NCBI RefSeq assembly: GCF_009914755.1 | Contig: NC_060935.1 | Reading direction: 5' to 3' (one strand) | From: the human T2T-CHM13v2.0 reference genome, Homo sapiens | DNA: 64,000 bases | In this document: in pieces, positions 53,000 to 64,000 of the stretch | How the letters are laid out: each line of letters starts with the position of its first letter | How positions within the stretch are numbered: the stretch's first letter is position 1 | The notes under the pieces: model-generated | What the model was told of the DNA's origin: nothing | Databases searched by the model: none | The model's input: only the letters and a program-made list of their open reading frames with translations | Position numbers and translations under genes: made by a program

Positions 53000-53230
53000 T
53001 GACCTAAATCTTCCCTACCCCACTCCCTCCACTGTGGTTTGATTCCCCACCGTTCCTCACCAGGACTCCTGCAAAGACCTCCTCACAGACCCACCCACTC
53101 CTGCCATAACCCAATTCACCTTCCAGACAACAGTCAGTCTGATTTTTGAAAAGCCTTCTGCCCATATTAACCCCCTGCTTAAAATCTTCTACCGCACTTC
53201 CATTGCTATATATAAAGACAAATTTCAACA
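53000..53230 (+). mobile_element. L2 fragment
   Basis: ctgcccatattaaccccctgcttaaaatcttctaccgcacttccattgc. Confidence 0.7.
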
Positions 53231-53231
53231 G

Positions 53232-53450
53232 TAGAGTTTCTGGTTAAAAGGACATATTTGGGAACCAGACTCACTGAGTTTAATCCTGGCTTTGCCATGT
53301 ACTAGTTGTTAGCTGGTAAGGTGTTGGCACTAGCTCTGAGCCTCAGTTTTCTCAGTAAAAGGGGTTTCTAGTGGAACCACCACCTCACCAGTTGCTGTGA
53401 GGATCAAGTGAGTAGGTATGTGTGAAGCTCTTAGGATGGTGCCTGGCACA
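53232..53450 (+). mobile_element. MIR SINE
   Basis: ctctgagcctcagttttctc...gttgctgtgaggatcaagtgag...gtgcctggcacac. Confidence 0.8.
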
Positions 53451-56400
53451 CAACAATCTCTGCCTGGTGCCCCTGTTGTTATTACCTTAGGGCGCTGGAT
53501 AGCTAGAGCTTTGTTAACAAGGACTAGAGCAGGCTGCCAGGTAAGACTGGAGAGATTCCTTATTCCTTATTTCCTGGCATAGAGTCCCACAGGTAGGAGC
53601 CTGGCACATAGGAAGTTTTCAATAAATATTTGTTGGATGGACGGATGGATGGATGAATGAGTGAGATAAAATTCTCCTCCTAAACAAAAGCATTTGGCCC
53701 GAGGCCTTGAGTACTGCTTGTATAGGACCATGATGCCATCTGTGCATCTCCCCTTCCTCAGCTCTAACAGCTGCGTGGAAGGGGCTGTGGTAACTTAGCA
53801 ACAAGGGCTTCTATAGAGACGAAGCTGCAGACAATGAGAGCAGTCACCCGGGCCCACCCTTCTCTTGAGTGCAGAGCATGTGTAAAAACGAACCTGTACC
53901 TCTGCCCTGGGCCCCTGCAGGGCTTGACACTGCTGTTAGGAGCAGGCCTGGCACACATTTACTCAGGGATAAGTGTAAGGAGTATCTTTAGCAGGCAAGC
54001 CTGGTCTTTCTGGATGCACAGAAAAGCACAGCATGCTCAGGGAGGTCAGCGGCAGGGTGCCCTTTGGGATGTCCTGCCAGGCCAGGGAGGCCTTTGGTAG
54101 TCCCGGCTCCGCAGTGAGAAAAATGCTGAATGTAGGGGAATTATAGGGGCATCCTCAAAAAAACTATATTCTAGCCATATGTGAGGTCCTAGGCTAGTGC
54201 CCAGAGGAGAGCTCAGCTCCTTCACAGGCCACAATGAGACAGACAAGATGCCCTCAGGAGGAGAATGGGAGAGGCTTGTTAGGGCATGGAAGACAGGGAC
54301 AAGCAAACAAAGACATTAGACTGAAATATGCATAAAAGGTGCCCACCCCCAAAGAGCATTGCTCTGGACTAGAAGGGAGGAGGCACACATTGCTCCAGGC
54401 CTTGAGCTTTCCTTTGTAAAATGAGGAGATACACAAGGTGATCCCCAAGGTCCCTCCTAGAGCTATTGGCCATAAATCCATGCCAATTTCCATCTCACCC
54501 CAAAAAGCGACTCACTCATTTATATTCTGTAAAATCCCAAGTTCTTTATCCCAGCTCCATTCTTCTCTGACCAACCCAATTTTACCTATAACTTGCTTGG
54601 AAGACACAGATATTGGCATATTCTGCCCCCGCTTATCCCAACCTCCCACCCCCATAACCTGCAAATTCCTAAACTGCTCACCAGAATGTGAGATGTGTTA
54701 AAAATTGGTCTTCTGGAGCACAGGGTACGGATGTGAGACTGTTAGAACTAGCAGGCATCAAGGTGTCCGGAATCCAAAGGACACTAGGCGGGCCCTTTGA
54801 ACCAAGCACCTGAAGCCACCATACATATGAGAGGTGTGGGGACTGGGGAAGCTCCAGGAAGGGAATCAAATGCTGAGGAAACTCCTGGAGGTGCCTTGGC
54901 CATTGTAATGGAGACAGGAGAAATGAGATGGGGGTCTGTTAGATGGCAGGGTGCAGCTCTAGTGTGACCCACCCAGCCCAGCTAGGCGTTAGTGAAAGCA
55001 GAGATTCAGGACTTGGTGCAGGGCCAAGAGCAGGCAAGGGCAAGCAGGATTGGGTGAGGGTACAGGAGGAAAGTGCAGTTCAGCACCACCGCCACAGCAG
55101 CAGGGCCCAGCAGGCCTGCCTGCTCCCTTCCCGGTGTTAAGAAGCCTGTGCTGGAGAAGAGACCTTCCCAGGGAAATGCCTGCCAAAAGGTGGTCACCCA
55201 TAATGAGGCAATAAATGGGGTAATTACTGGGTAATTGCTGGACCTCCAAGTGTCTGGGAAGCCACGGGTGAGAGAACTTGGCCAACACAAGACCTCATGT
55301 CTCCCATGAGCTGGAAGCCCAGCTGAAAATTAGACAGTGTGGATGGACTAGGGAGAGGCTGCTTTGTGAACATGCACTTTATCTTTTCTTTCCTCCTTTT
55401 TTCTTTCCCCCTCCTTCTGGCACCATTTCAAGGCTGTCGGAAAGTGTCTGAGGCCTGCATTTTGGCTGGGAAGCAGAGGCTGCAGTGGTCTCCTGGTGTC
55501 TTTGAAGCTCAGACCCAATCCTGCCACACCTGCGCCTTCCCACTCCACCCTGCTCCACCCCACAGAGCCTAGACCTGCACCTGAGAGCTGTGATGGAGGC
55601 AACACCTTACAACAATCCTAAATCCAGGACCAGCATTGAGACAGGCCCTGCACCGCCCAGTCTATACAAGATGCTGATTTCATTGTGTTCCCGCTAGCTA
55701 GTGATTTGGGGTCCATATGCAGCTTCTTTACACAGGCCTTCTTCTCCATCCTCCTTTGAACTCCAGGGGCCTAACCCCTTGTAGCTTCCTTCTTCCAGTT
55801 AGAGAAGTTGGACTAGTTAAAAAGATGGGAGTGCTTAAACATGCAAAATGGAATCATTGAAGGGATCAAATAAAATGGGTTATTTTGCTTTGGCTAAGGG
55901 CAGGGTGGAGATTTGGGTGGAATGTGAAAATGAACACAATAATTTTTTGAGTATCTTTTATACGTTGTATGTCATTTTGTTAGTTTAGGAGCATTAAAAA
56001 TGTATAACATAGAGCTTGTTCTGCTCATAAAATGATCCACTTTGGCATATTAAAATTTAAAGTATAGTTTATTCAGGCAGTAATTACACTTTTTACTAAT
56101 TGAATTTACTCTTAAATATTTCAAAGTTTTGTAATAAATTGAGCTACAAGATACTGAGCCTCAAGGTATTTGCATTCAATGGTGTTTGACAAATAGGTAA
56201 AACCTCTAGAACAGAAGAAATCACCAGCATTAGAGTAAGATGGAAAGAAGATTTAGTTTTTTTATGTATTCTAGTGCCAAGAAGCACAATATTACTCAAT
56301 GTGATCATTTGCTATTTATAAGGCTCTTTACATACATTACCTTATTTGATTTTCACAATAAAATTCTAAATAAAAAGAAAGGTGTGTGCACTTAAAGATA

Positions 56401-56524
56401 AGGAAAATGAAACTCAGAGAAACTAAGTGACTTGCTCAAGGTCACACAGCAAGTTGCCCAAGGACACGCAGAACTCAGGCGTGTCTATGAATCCCAAGCC
56501 CACTGTCAGAAGATTCCCTGACGT

Positions 56525-56875
56525 GCAGTATGTATATACAATGGAATATAATTCAGCCCTAAAAAGGAAGGAAATTCTGACACAGTCTACAACATGGATG
56601 CACCTTGAAAACATGATGCTTAGTGAAATAAGCCCAACACAAAAGGACAAATACAGAATGTGTCTACTTATATGAGGTATCTAGAATAGGCAGATTCATA
56701 GCAGTGGTTGACAGAGGGTGGGGGAAGGAAGGATGGGGAGTTATTCATGGGTACAAAGTTTCAGTTTGGGATGATAAGGGTTCTGGAAATGGATAGCACT
56801 GATGGTTGCACAGTATTGTGAATATAGTTCATGCCATTGAATTCTACACTTAACAATGATTATGTTGACAAATGT
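56525..56875 (+). mobile_element. L1MB-like 3' fragment
   Basis: tacaatggaatataattcagccctaaaaaggaaggaaattctgacac...ctggaaatggatagcactgatggttgcaca. Confidence 0.9.
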
Positions 56876-57706
56876 TTTGAAGATTATTTGGATGTAACTC
56901 TTGTCCCCAGGAATCTGTTTTATTTGCTGAGCTACTCCTTTCAGTACTTTCCACTTTTTCTAAATCTTTCATTTCTTTTTATTCACACACTTCTGAGAAC
57001 CAAAACTCTGCCTTAGTTACTGTAAGATTCTCTTCTGTTCTGTACCGACCTACACCAATTGTGTTCTTTCTGCAGACAGTTAAAGGCGATGCTCTCATTC
57101 CCAGTTGGTATGTTACAATAAGAACAAGTTTCAGGCTGTATTCTCCCATGCATACAAATATTTATTAGCAAGCTGGCCCCAAACACATAGCCTATCCAGA
57201 ACACTCAATGGAATTCTAGCCTTCTGACCTTTTTAGTCTATGTGATAGCACATTGCATGAAGATGTAGCAATATTCTAGTGGTGGGTTAGGAGTCAGGCT
57301 TTAAAATTCTCTGATTAGTGTCTATAAATAGGACTGGTTTAAAATCTTAGGGCACCATTGCAAAAAGCATCTGTTGCCACTGGACTTGCTAAATTTATAT
57401 ACCTTTCCACGCAAGGGCAGGGAGAGCTCTTGTATCTGATACTTCTGGCCAATACACACATCTCAAACTACTTGTTTCACCCAAGAAAATTATTTCTAAC
57501 ATCCATTATGCTAATTAGCAAAGCTCTGGTCTTGATAGGATATAAAAATAGCTGGAGGTCTTCCAGGAGCTGCCTAGGGAATGTATCTTCTGCTTGGAGT
57601 CTTTCAAATGTTAACTAACCACCCTGAAGTGTGTTTTCCTGATTAGAATTCTTCACATGTTAACTAATCACCCCCTAGAATTTGGATCAAAAGAATATCT
57701 CACAGT

Positions 57707-57825
57707 TAGGGTTGCCAGATAAAATATATCTAATATTTGGGACATACTAAGAAATTATTTGGTATTTACCTGAAACTCACATTTAACTGTGTTCTGTATT
57801 TTATTTGCCAAATTTGGCAAGTCTA
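57707..57825. mobile_element. MER53 hAT MITE (internally deleted) with perfect 8-bp TSD
   Basis: TIRs tagggttgcca...tggcaagtcta; TSD ctcacagt at 57699-57706 and 57826-57833. Confidence 0.9.
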
Positions 57826-57949
57826 CTCACAGTCTGTACTGTACTGAGGTATTTTAAAATGAACTACAGACAATATAACATATACCTTTTGGATTAAAAA
57901 AATACTTTTTTAATGGAAATGTCTTTTAGTACAACTTTTTTTATCATGT

Positions 57950-58051
57950 ATTTCTTTTTAAATTTTTATTTTAAGTTCAAGGGTACATGTGCTGGATGTG
58001 CAGGTTTGTTACATATGTAAACGTGTGTCATGGGGGTTTGCTGTGTAGACT
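57950..58051 (-). mobile_element. L1PA (older, about L1PA11-16) extreme 3' fragment
   Basis: ttttattttaagttcaagggtacatgtgctggatgtgcaggtttgttacat. Confidence 0.88.
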
Positions 58052-58318
58052 AGACGAAAATAATATTTTAAGTTATTGTTTCCCTGATTTGACTGTGACC
58101 ATTTCCAAGCATGACTTTTCTCCTGCTGCAGATTTAGACAGTTCTGAGCAGGTGTAACAATAAGCTAGTTGTTTTAACATCCACAGAGATGAATAGATGC
58201 TCCTGCCACAATCCATGGTCCATCACTCCCAAAGCTTACATGCCTACCCACTGACATTGAAATCAGAATTCAGCAAGAGCAGACCCACAAGCAGAACAAG
58301 AAGTTCCTGAATCTCTTT

Positions 58319-58332
58319 TGTGTGTGTGTGTG

Positions 58333-58417
<85 letters not shown>
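58319..58417. repeat. Compound (TG)n(GA)n microsatellite
   Basis: Seen directly. Confidence 0.98.
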
Positions 58418-58420
<3 letters not shown>

Positions 58421-59049
58421 GTATTGCCCCTGGATGCAGAACTGTGCTTTACTCTTGCATGCGAGAATAATACTGTACTGCTTGTTCCTGGTGGACAGGA
58501 ATTACAATGATCTGATATTCTAGGTAGTTTCACATTAAAGTCTTTTCCTTGCATAGAGGGATTTAGAATTCACTGGTGGAGGGTGGGGAGAGAGCGGAAT
58601 AATAAAGACAGGATAATAGTACCTTATCTGAAGGATTTTCGTCATCATCCTAAAATAAAATAAATTTTATTTTCCAGAATTTTTCTAATTTTAATTCTTA
58701 ACATTGTTCAGAGAGGAAATTCTCAGAGCAAAAATAAAATAACATTGCCCTCCCTCCATTCCCATCCCTAAGTATTTGAGGAGGGGAAAAAACAGGAGGG
58801 AAACCTTTTCTTTTCTATTTAGTTGGAGATTAAAGGGATCATCTCAAATGTCCCAGAGAAGGTGAATAGTTAAAAAAACAATTAAATAAGAAAATAAGAA
58901 GGCAGCGTCCAGGCCCCACCCCTGTACCCCAGAGCCTCCCAGGAAAGGTCACCAAGCAGGTCAGATCCCCTGCAGTGGGCCCAGGGAGGCCGGGCTCCTG
59001 CCACCTCACTCCCTGGGCTGCAGCTTAATAAAGCTTAATAAAAGGTGTG

Positions 59050-59063
59050 ATTACCATGGCAAC
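59050..59063 (+). promoter_or_regulatory. RFX X-box-like motif within a putative enhancer
   Basis: attaccatggcaac, one mismatch to GTTACCATGGCAAC. Confidence 0.35.
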
Positions 59064-59298
59064 CTCAGAAACACTTTCAAATAGATGGCCAATTATTATT
59101 CACTCATTTACTGTTTATTGTAGCAATGCCAGTCACAATGAACTCCAGGGGTGCATTAATGGAGATGTGATCTGGGCCTGGGGCCCTTGGGGAATGACAT
59201 AGTAATGCTTCATTCATTAGCATAGTGCGTTCAAGGTGGGTGGGCACACTGTTTCTCCCTTTGGTGCCTTGCCACCCAGTACAGCCACAGAGAAAAGT

Positions 59299-59299
<1 letters not shown>

Positions 59300-59335
<36 letters not shown>

Positions 59336-59337
59336 CA
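59300..59337. repeat. (AC)n(AT)n microsatellite
   Basis: Seen directly. Confidence 0.95.
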
Positions 59338-60514
59338 CGGTGCCCCCAGTATACACCCAGGTCCCCAGACAGGCAGAAGGACGGAAATCTTTGCTCAGCC
59401 CTGGCAGGAGTTTTAATATTTCTCACCCTTCCCAGTGGACCTTTTCCCCATTTCAAATTCGATAAACAAATACATTGCCTCCTTAAACCTGGGCTCAGCT
59501 CCCAAGGGAAGATGTACCAAGCCTGTTTTCCCTTCCGGAAGGCCTTTGAGGTAGGCGGTTGAGAAGACTGGGAGGGAAGAATATAGTGAATGAATGTTTC
59601 TCGTTTTATTAAAACTCTCAACCCCACTCCCAGCCTTGCCCCTGCTGTTCCTCAAGACCTGGCAACCTAAACACACATTCTCTTCATCCCAGAGAGTCTA
59701 GAGGCGCAGGCAGGATGGCTTGTGGAGATGTTCCTGTGTGTTTTATTCCTCAAGTAATTTTCTCTCCCTCTTCAAGAAGGTAGCAGGTCATTTCCTGAAC
59801 TGTAAGGGATGGAAAGACAGCTTCCACCACTGGCTTCTCAGATGGATTGTACCAGGCCTTCCCAGAGAAGCAGAGGAACGGGGACTTTCCAAAGTGAGAT
59901 GGGGATGGGGGGTTGGGAAGTGGAGGGCTTCAGAGGGAGTGGCTCATGGCTCTACCTGAGGAGCCTCAGCAGATTCCTTTCCCATCTCTAAGTCTGATGC
60001 AAAAGCAACAGAACCATCCACCCTTCGGGTTCAAGGAGGACGGGAAATGATTATGTCATTGGGGACCAGTGAGTACCCAGGATCAAAGGACTTCTCTAGT
60101 GCTGGCTCTGTGCACAACCTGGCCCAAGGGAAGGGGGAGGGTGGGAAAGCGTCCCTGACACCTTGGTGGGATGGAAACTCAACACCAGATTTCATTTAAT
60201 TTAATCAAGTAGCATGACGTTTCCTGTATACCAGAATGCATGGTAAAATCCAGACCAACTACTCGCACCAGCAGCTCCAGATGCCAGGCAGACCCCACCT
60301 CAAGGTGGCCTGTTCTTTTGAGGGCAGCTAATTATTGCCCTGCCTAGGTCATTCTGGGGTCCTGAGGCTCCAGGCCCCTACCCTGATTCCTGTAGCAAAT
60401 GCCACTCAGTGGTACCAGTCAGGCCCAAAGACAGTCGGGGGTGGGAAGACATGAGAGTGACTCACTTGTTTTTGCTTGTCTCTGCCTCTGCCCATGCTCA
60501 TGATGTGGGGGCAG

Positions 60515-60921
60515 TGTTGAAAAGACTATCCTGACACTTGTTAAAATGGTAAGGAAGACTTTCTGCAGGACTATCACCATAGGCAGCAAGACTATTGCAA
60601 TAGGGGAGAAAGATTGGGCTTGACTCTGAATACAGCAAGGACAGGTGGGGATTGATAGCCAGTGAGCAGAATGTGGGGAGTTGGTGGACCAAGGAGAGGA
60701 GAATTCTTGCTAAATCAACTTAATGGGATTCTTGCTGAAGGCAGACTAGGGTGCTCAGATATCAAGGGTGGAAGGATTCCTCCTAAATTAGCTTTCTGGG
60801 AATTTACTAATATTAGACTCTGCAGAGACAGACAGACAAGGAAGACCAAGGCTAAAGACTAGTAGAGAAGAAGGCTCAGAGGAGCCAGACTCAAGTTTGG
60901 CCAGTGAGAGAATCTTCATCA
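60515..60921 (-). mobile_element. MER31-like ERV1 solo LTR
   Basis: Reverse complement begins tgatgaagattctctcactggccaaacttgagtctggctcctctgagcc and ends tttcaaca (TG...CA). Confidence 0.75.
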
Positions 60922-61671
60922 CTAGTCACTGGAAACGGGCTCTAGGGAAGGAAGAGCAGAACGAGAAATTGGTCTGGGAGGGGGTTATCTTTGTTTTCTG
61001 GCAAAATCAGACAGCACTCAATGGGCAGCCACTTGGGAAACAGTGTGCTTATCAAGCAGAGCTCTGCGAAGCCTGGGTAAGGCTATCAGGGAACTGTTTT
61101 CCTGCACTGGGTTTAAGCTAGCTGCAGGGACCCTTGCAGCCAGCATGTTAAAAAGTCAAGTCATTTCGGATATCCAAGAGATTTTTCTGCCCTAGGCCTT
61201 TTCTCGGTAGCTAAGTGCTGGCCAGGGAGGGATTCAAATACTGCCTTTACTAGTTTTGCTCTCTGTTGACCGTGGACACAGACACAGGGTGTCTGTACAC
61301 AACCCCTTGGGAGTTCCATTTCTTCTTTGGGAAGGTGCGGATGATCATGTTTCCCCCCTCATTCATTGTAACAATGTTTGTAAAGCCCAAGAGAAGTGCT
61401 CAATCAATGCAAGCTCCCCTGCCTCACCCAATCTGGGAGGACCAGTTGAGGCAAAGGCTCTTCTGCCCATCTCAGAGTCCCGTAGAGAGACCTACAGCTC
61501 TCCTAGAGGCACAGCGCCCTGCTCTCTGAATGATCTTCTTCCTCCTGACTTACATCCCACCTGTGGATGATGCTTATTCCATCTGGCCAATTCCTGCCTT
61601 ACAGGAATTCCTGGGAGCTCAGTCTACCTTCTCCAACTTTTTCTTTTAATGGTGGTGAGATGCTAGAAGCA

Positions 61672-62033
61672 GTGGCACTAGGGCCTAAATGTAAGTGCCA
61701 CCTTCAAATTCATATGTTGAATCCTAACCCCCAAGGTGGCAGTTTTAGGAGGTGGGGACTTTGGGAGGTGATGAGGTTGAGAGTGGAGCCCTCAAAAATG
61801 GGATGAGTGGTTTTCTAAACAGGACCCAGAGAGCTAGCTTGACCCCACCATGCAAAGACATAGCAAGAAGGTGCTCTCTATGGACCAGGAAGTAAGCCCT
61901 CACCAGACACCAAATCTGCCAGTGCCTTTATCTTGGACTTCCCAGTCTGCAGAACTGTAAGAAATAAACATCTGTTGTTTATAAACCACCCAGTCTGTGG
62001 CATTTTGTTAGAGCAGCTCAAACTGGTGCAGAC
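61672..62033 (+). mobile_element. MLT1A-like MaLR solo LTR
   Basis: aaattcatatgttgaatcctaacccccaag...ccctcaccagacaccaaatctgcc...agaactgtaagaaataaa...cattttgttagagcagc. Confidence 0.92.
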
Positions 62034-62319
62034 AGAGGGGGAGTGGCAGGGCAGCAGGGCAGGGACGTCAGGAAGCCAGAAACCTGTCTGTGATCCCAGA
62101 GTGAGGTGATGGTGGTGCCAAGAGGTTGTTATGACTCTTGGCTCTCAGTCCAAAGATCCTGAAGCCATGAGACCCAAGAGAGTTTTCGAGGGGTCAGGGG
62201 TGGGCAGGGGTCCCACAAAGAACAGTTCTCAGAAAGCAAACCCAGGTGAGGAGTATGTAGGGGGTCGTCTCTGGCACTTTGGCCTGACTTTCAACAATAG
62301 CCCTAACTTTAACTCAGCT

Positions 62320-62850
62320 CAACAAACACTTATAGAACATTATTTTATGTGCCATACACTGACTGTACAAGACATTAGGAATACAAAGATAAATAAGAGT
62401 CACTCTCTGCCTCAAGAAATTTACAGCCTAAGGAGAAATCAGGAATGCAAACAAATAAATTCTAATACTCTCTAGGATAGGTGCTGGAACGGCTATCTAA
62501 GGCTGATGCTGTGGGACCACAGGATAGGACTGTGGGGTCAGCCTGGAGGGTCAGGGGAGGCTACACGGAGGAGGTGAAAGTTTATTTCCCCATTCAGAGA
62601 ATGGAGTAAAAACCATGTGTGCAGGGCACAGAGGTGTGCAAACACATGGCCTGCTTGGAGAGGCAAGTGTTTCGGAGGCAATTGTCAGAAGATGAGCTGG
62701 AGAGATAAGAGAAGGAAGCCTGAGAAGGTCTTTGAAGGGCCACCTAGGCTGTTGGAATTTTAGAAAGGCCACTTTGATGGTGGCCTGGAGGAGGGCTTGG
62801 GTGGGGAAGGGTGAGGACACCCCTGCGGTAGCCTTAGAAAGAGACAAAGC
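62320..62850 (-). mobile_element. L2 3' portion
   Basis: tcaacaaacacttatagaac...ctctgcctcaagaaatttacagcct... Confidence 0.7.
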
Positions 62851-62859
62851 CAGTGTGGA

Positions 62860-63090
62860 GAAGTAGAGCTGAACCTTCTCGGCCAGGCTACCTGGGCTTC
62901 AGTTCTGGTTCCCACTCACTGTGTGATGCTGGGCAGGATCTTCAGCCTCACTGACCCCCAGGATGCCGTGTGTAAAATGAAGATACTAGGGAATATACCT
63001 TTGTGATTCTGGTGAGAATTAACAGAGATAATATTATCAGCTGCCTGATATCAGGGGTCCTGGCTCACACTGCAGGCACTCAATTAAACA
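62860..63090 (+). mobile_element. MIR SINE
   Basis: ctgtgtgatgctgggcagg...tgtaaaatgaagata...gtgagaattaacagagataat. Confidence 0.75.
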
Positions 63091-63599
63091 AAGGGTCATC
63101 TTACGGCAAAATCGCAGGAGGGATGAGTTCGAAGTGAAGCACATAGAATAGCGTCTAGCACATAGTGGGCACCCAAATCATATTTGCAGTCTAACAAATT
63201 GAATCAAGGAGAAGAAGAAAAAAGGAGTCTAAGATAATTCTGAAAGCTCCAGAATGATCTCTGGATGGTGCTCTGACAGCCAGGGGGAGGTGCATGCTCA
63301 GGGATGGGTGGATGTGGCTTCCTTGGGATCTTACTTTTCTGGCTCCCATGTTCCACCACCCATTCTCCCCAGGTCCTGCAGGTGGCTTCATCCCTGACAT
63401 CACAATCAGATGACTTTCTCCCTGGGGAAGGTGCTGCTCCTAGCTATATTTAATTCTCTATCCCATTTTTTAAAGGAAAGAAAAATAGATATTCCTGCGG
63501 GTACAACCCTGCAGCTTTCTGTGGGTGGGCGGCCATTCTGATATCTGGTGAAAAGGGATAGAAACAGGAGTCAAGCTCAATAGCAGAAAGGGAGCGAAT

Positions 63600-63825
63600 C
63601 CATACTTATTGGGTACCTTCCATGTGATGGGCTCACAGCATTATTTTATGTAATCCTCGCAATCAGCTTGTGGGTTTTGGAATTATTATTATCATCCACA
63701 TTTCACTGAAGGGGAAAATGAGGCCCAGAAAAAATAAGGAATTATTGTAAGGTCACACAGCTAGTGAGTAGGGAAAACAGGGTCCAACCATATCTACCAG
63801 GCTTCAAAATCCATGCTTTTTTTCC
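63600..63825 (-). mobile_element. MIR SINE
   Basis: atttcactgaaggggaaaatgaggcccaga...aggtcacacagctagtgagt. Confidence 0.8.
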
Positions 63826-64000
63826 ACTGCACCTTTCTAAAGACCCAGGGGCTAAGATAGTAAAAGGAAAGGACAGTAACACAAACACTAAAAGAAAGTG
63901 TCAGAGTATGAAAGAATAAAGAGTGGGTGGGGTGAGGGCACCTTTCTGGTGGGTCCCACCCTCTAGCCTTGAATGCGGCAGCACCTCTGGGCTAAAGCTG

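Noticed and set aside
55079-55100. REST/NRSE-like TTCAGCACCAC
   Set aside because: Left half-site only; the GGACAG right half is absent at canonical spacing
57603-57673. Spaced 22-bp direct repeat (ttcaaatgttaactaaccaccc / ttcacatgttaactaatcaccc) superficially like a repeat-spacer unit
   Set aside because: Only two imperfect copies in eukaryotic DNA; an old local duplication, not a CRISPR-like array

Overview
Primate (very probably human) nuclear genomic DNA, essentially non-coding. It is dominated by interspersed repeats: 7 Alus, 5'-truncated L1PA/L1M fragments, L2, CR1/L3, dozens of MIR fragments, MaLR/ERV solo LTRs (MLT1, MST, MLT2, MER31-like), DNA-transposon relics (Tigger3a, MER53, MER45, MER5) and several microsatellites. 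No established protein-coding gene, rRNA, tRNA or CRISPR array is recognisable. Almost all ORFs in the track are chance or repeat-derived. The unique sequence holds several repeat-free, homeodomain-motif-rich blocks that look like conserved enhancers. It also holds a set of well-formed minus-strand splice-site pairs (38040-38216, 34188-34364, 22459-22554, an acceptor at 19214, 4910-5049) that suggest a spliced minus-strand transcript, either a lncRNA or a young gene. Three of these exons join in phase 0 into a 117-codon ORF that I do not recognise. The clearest structural oddities are a 98-bp templated copy of nearby unique DNA inserted inside an MST LTR and an Alu with an exact 60-bp-period internal duplication. 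I see no evidence for a novel multi-gene system. Repeat subfamily names and old-repeat boundaries come from recall of consensus sequences and are approximate.
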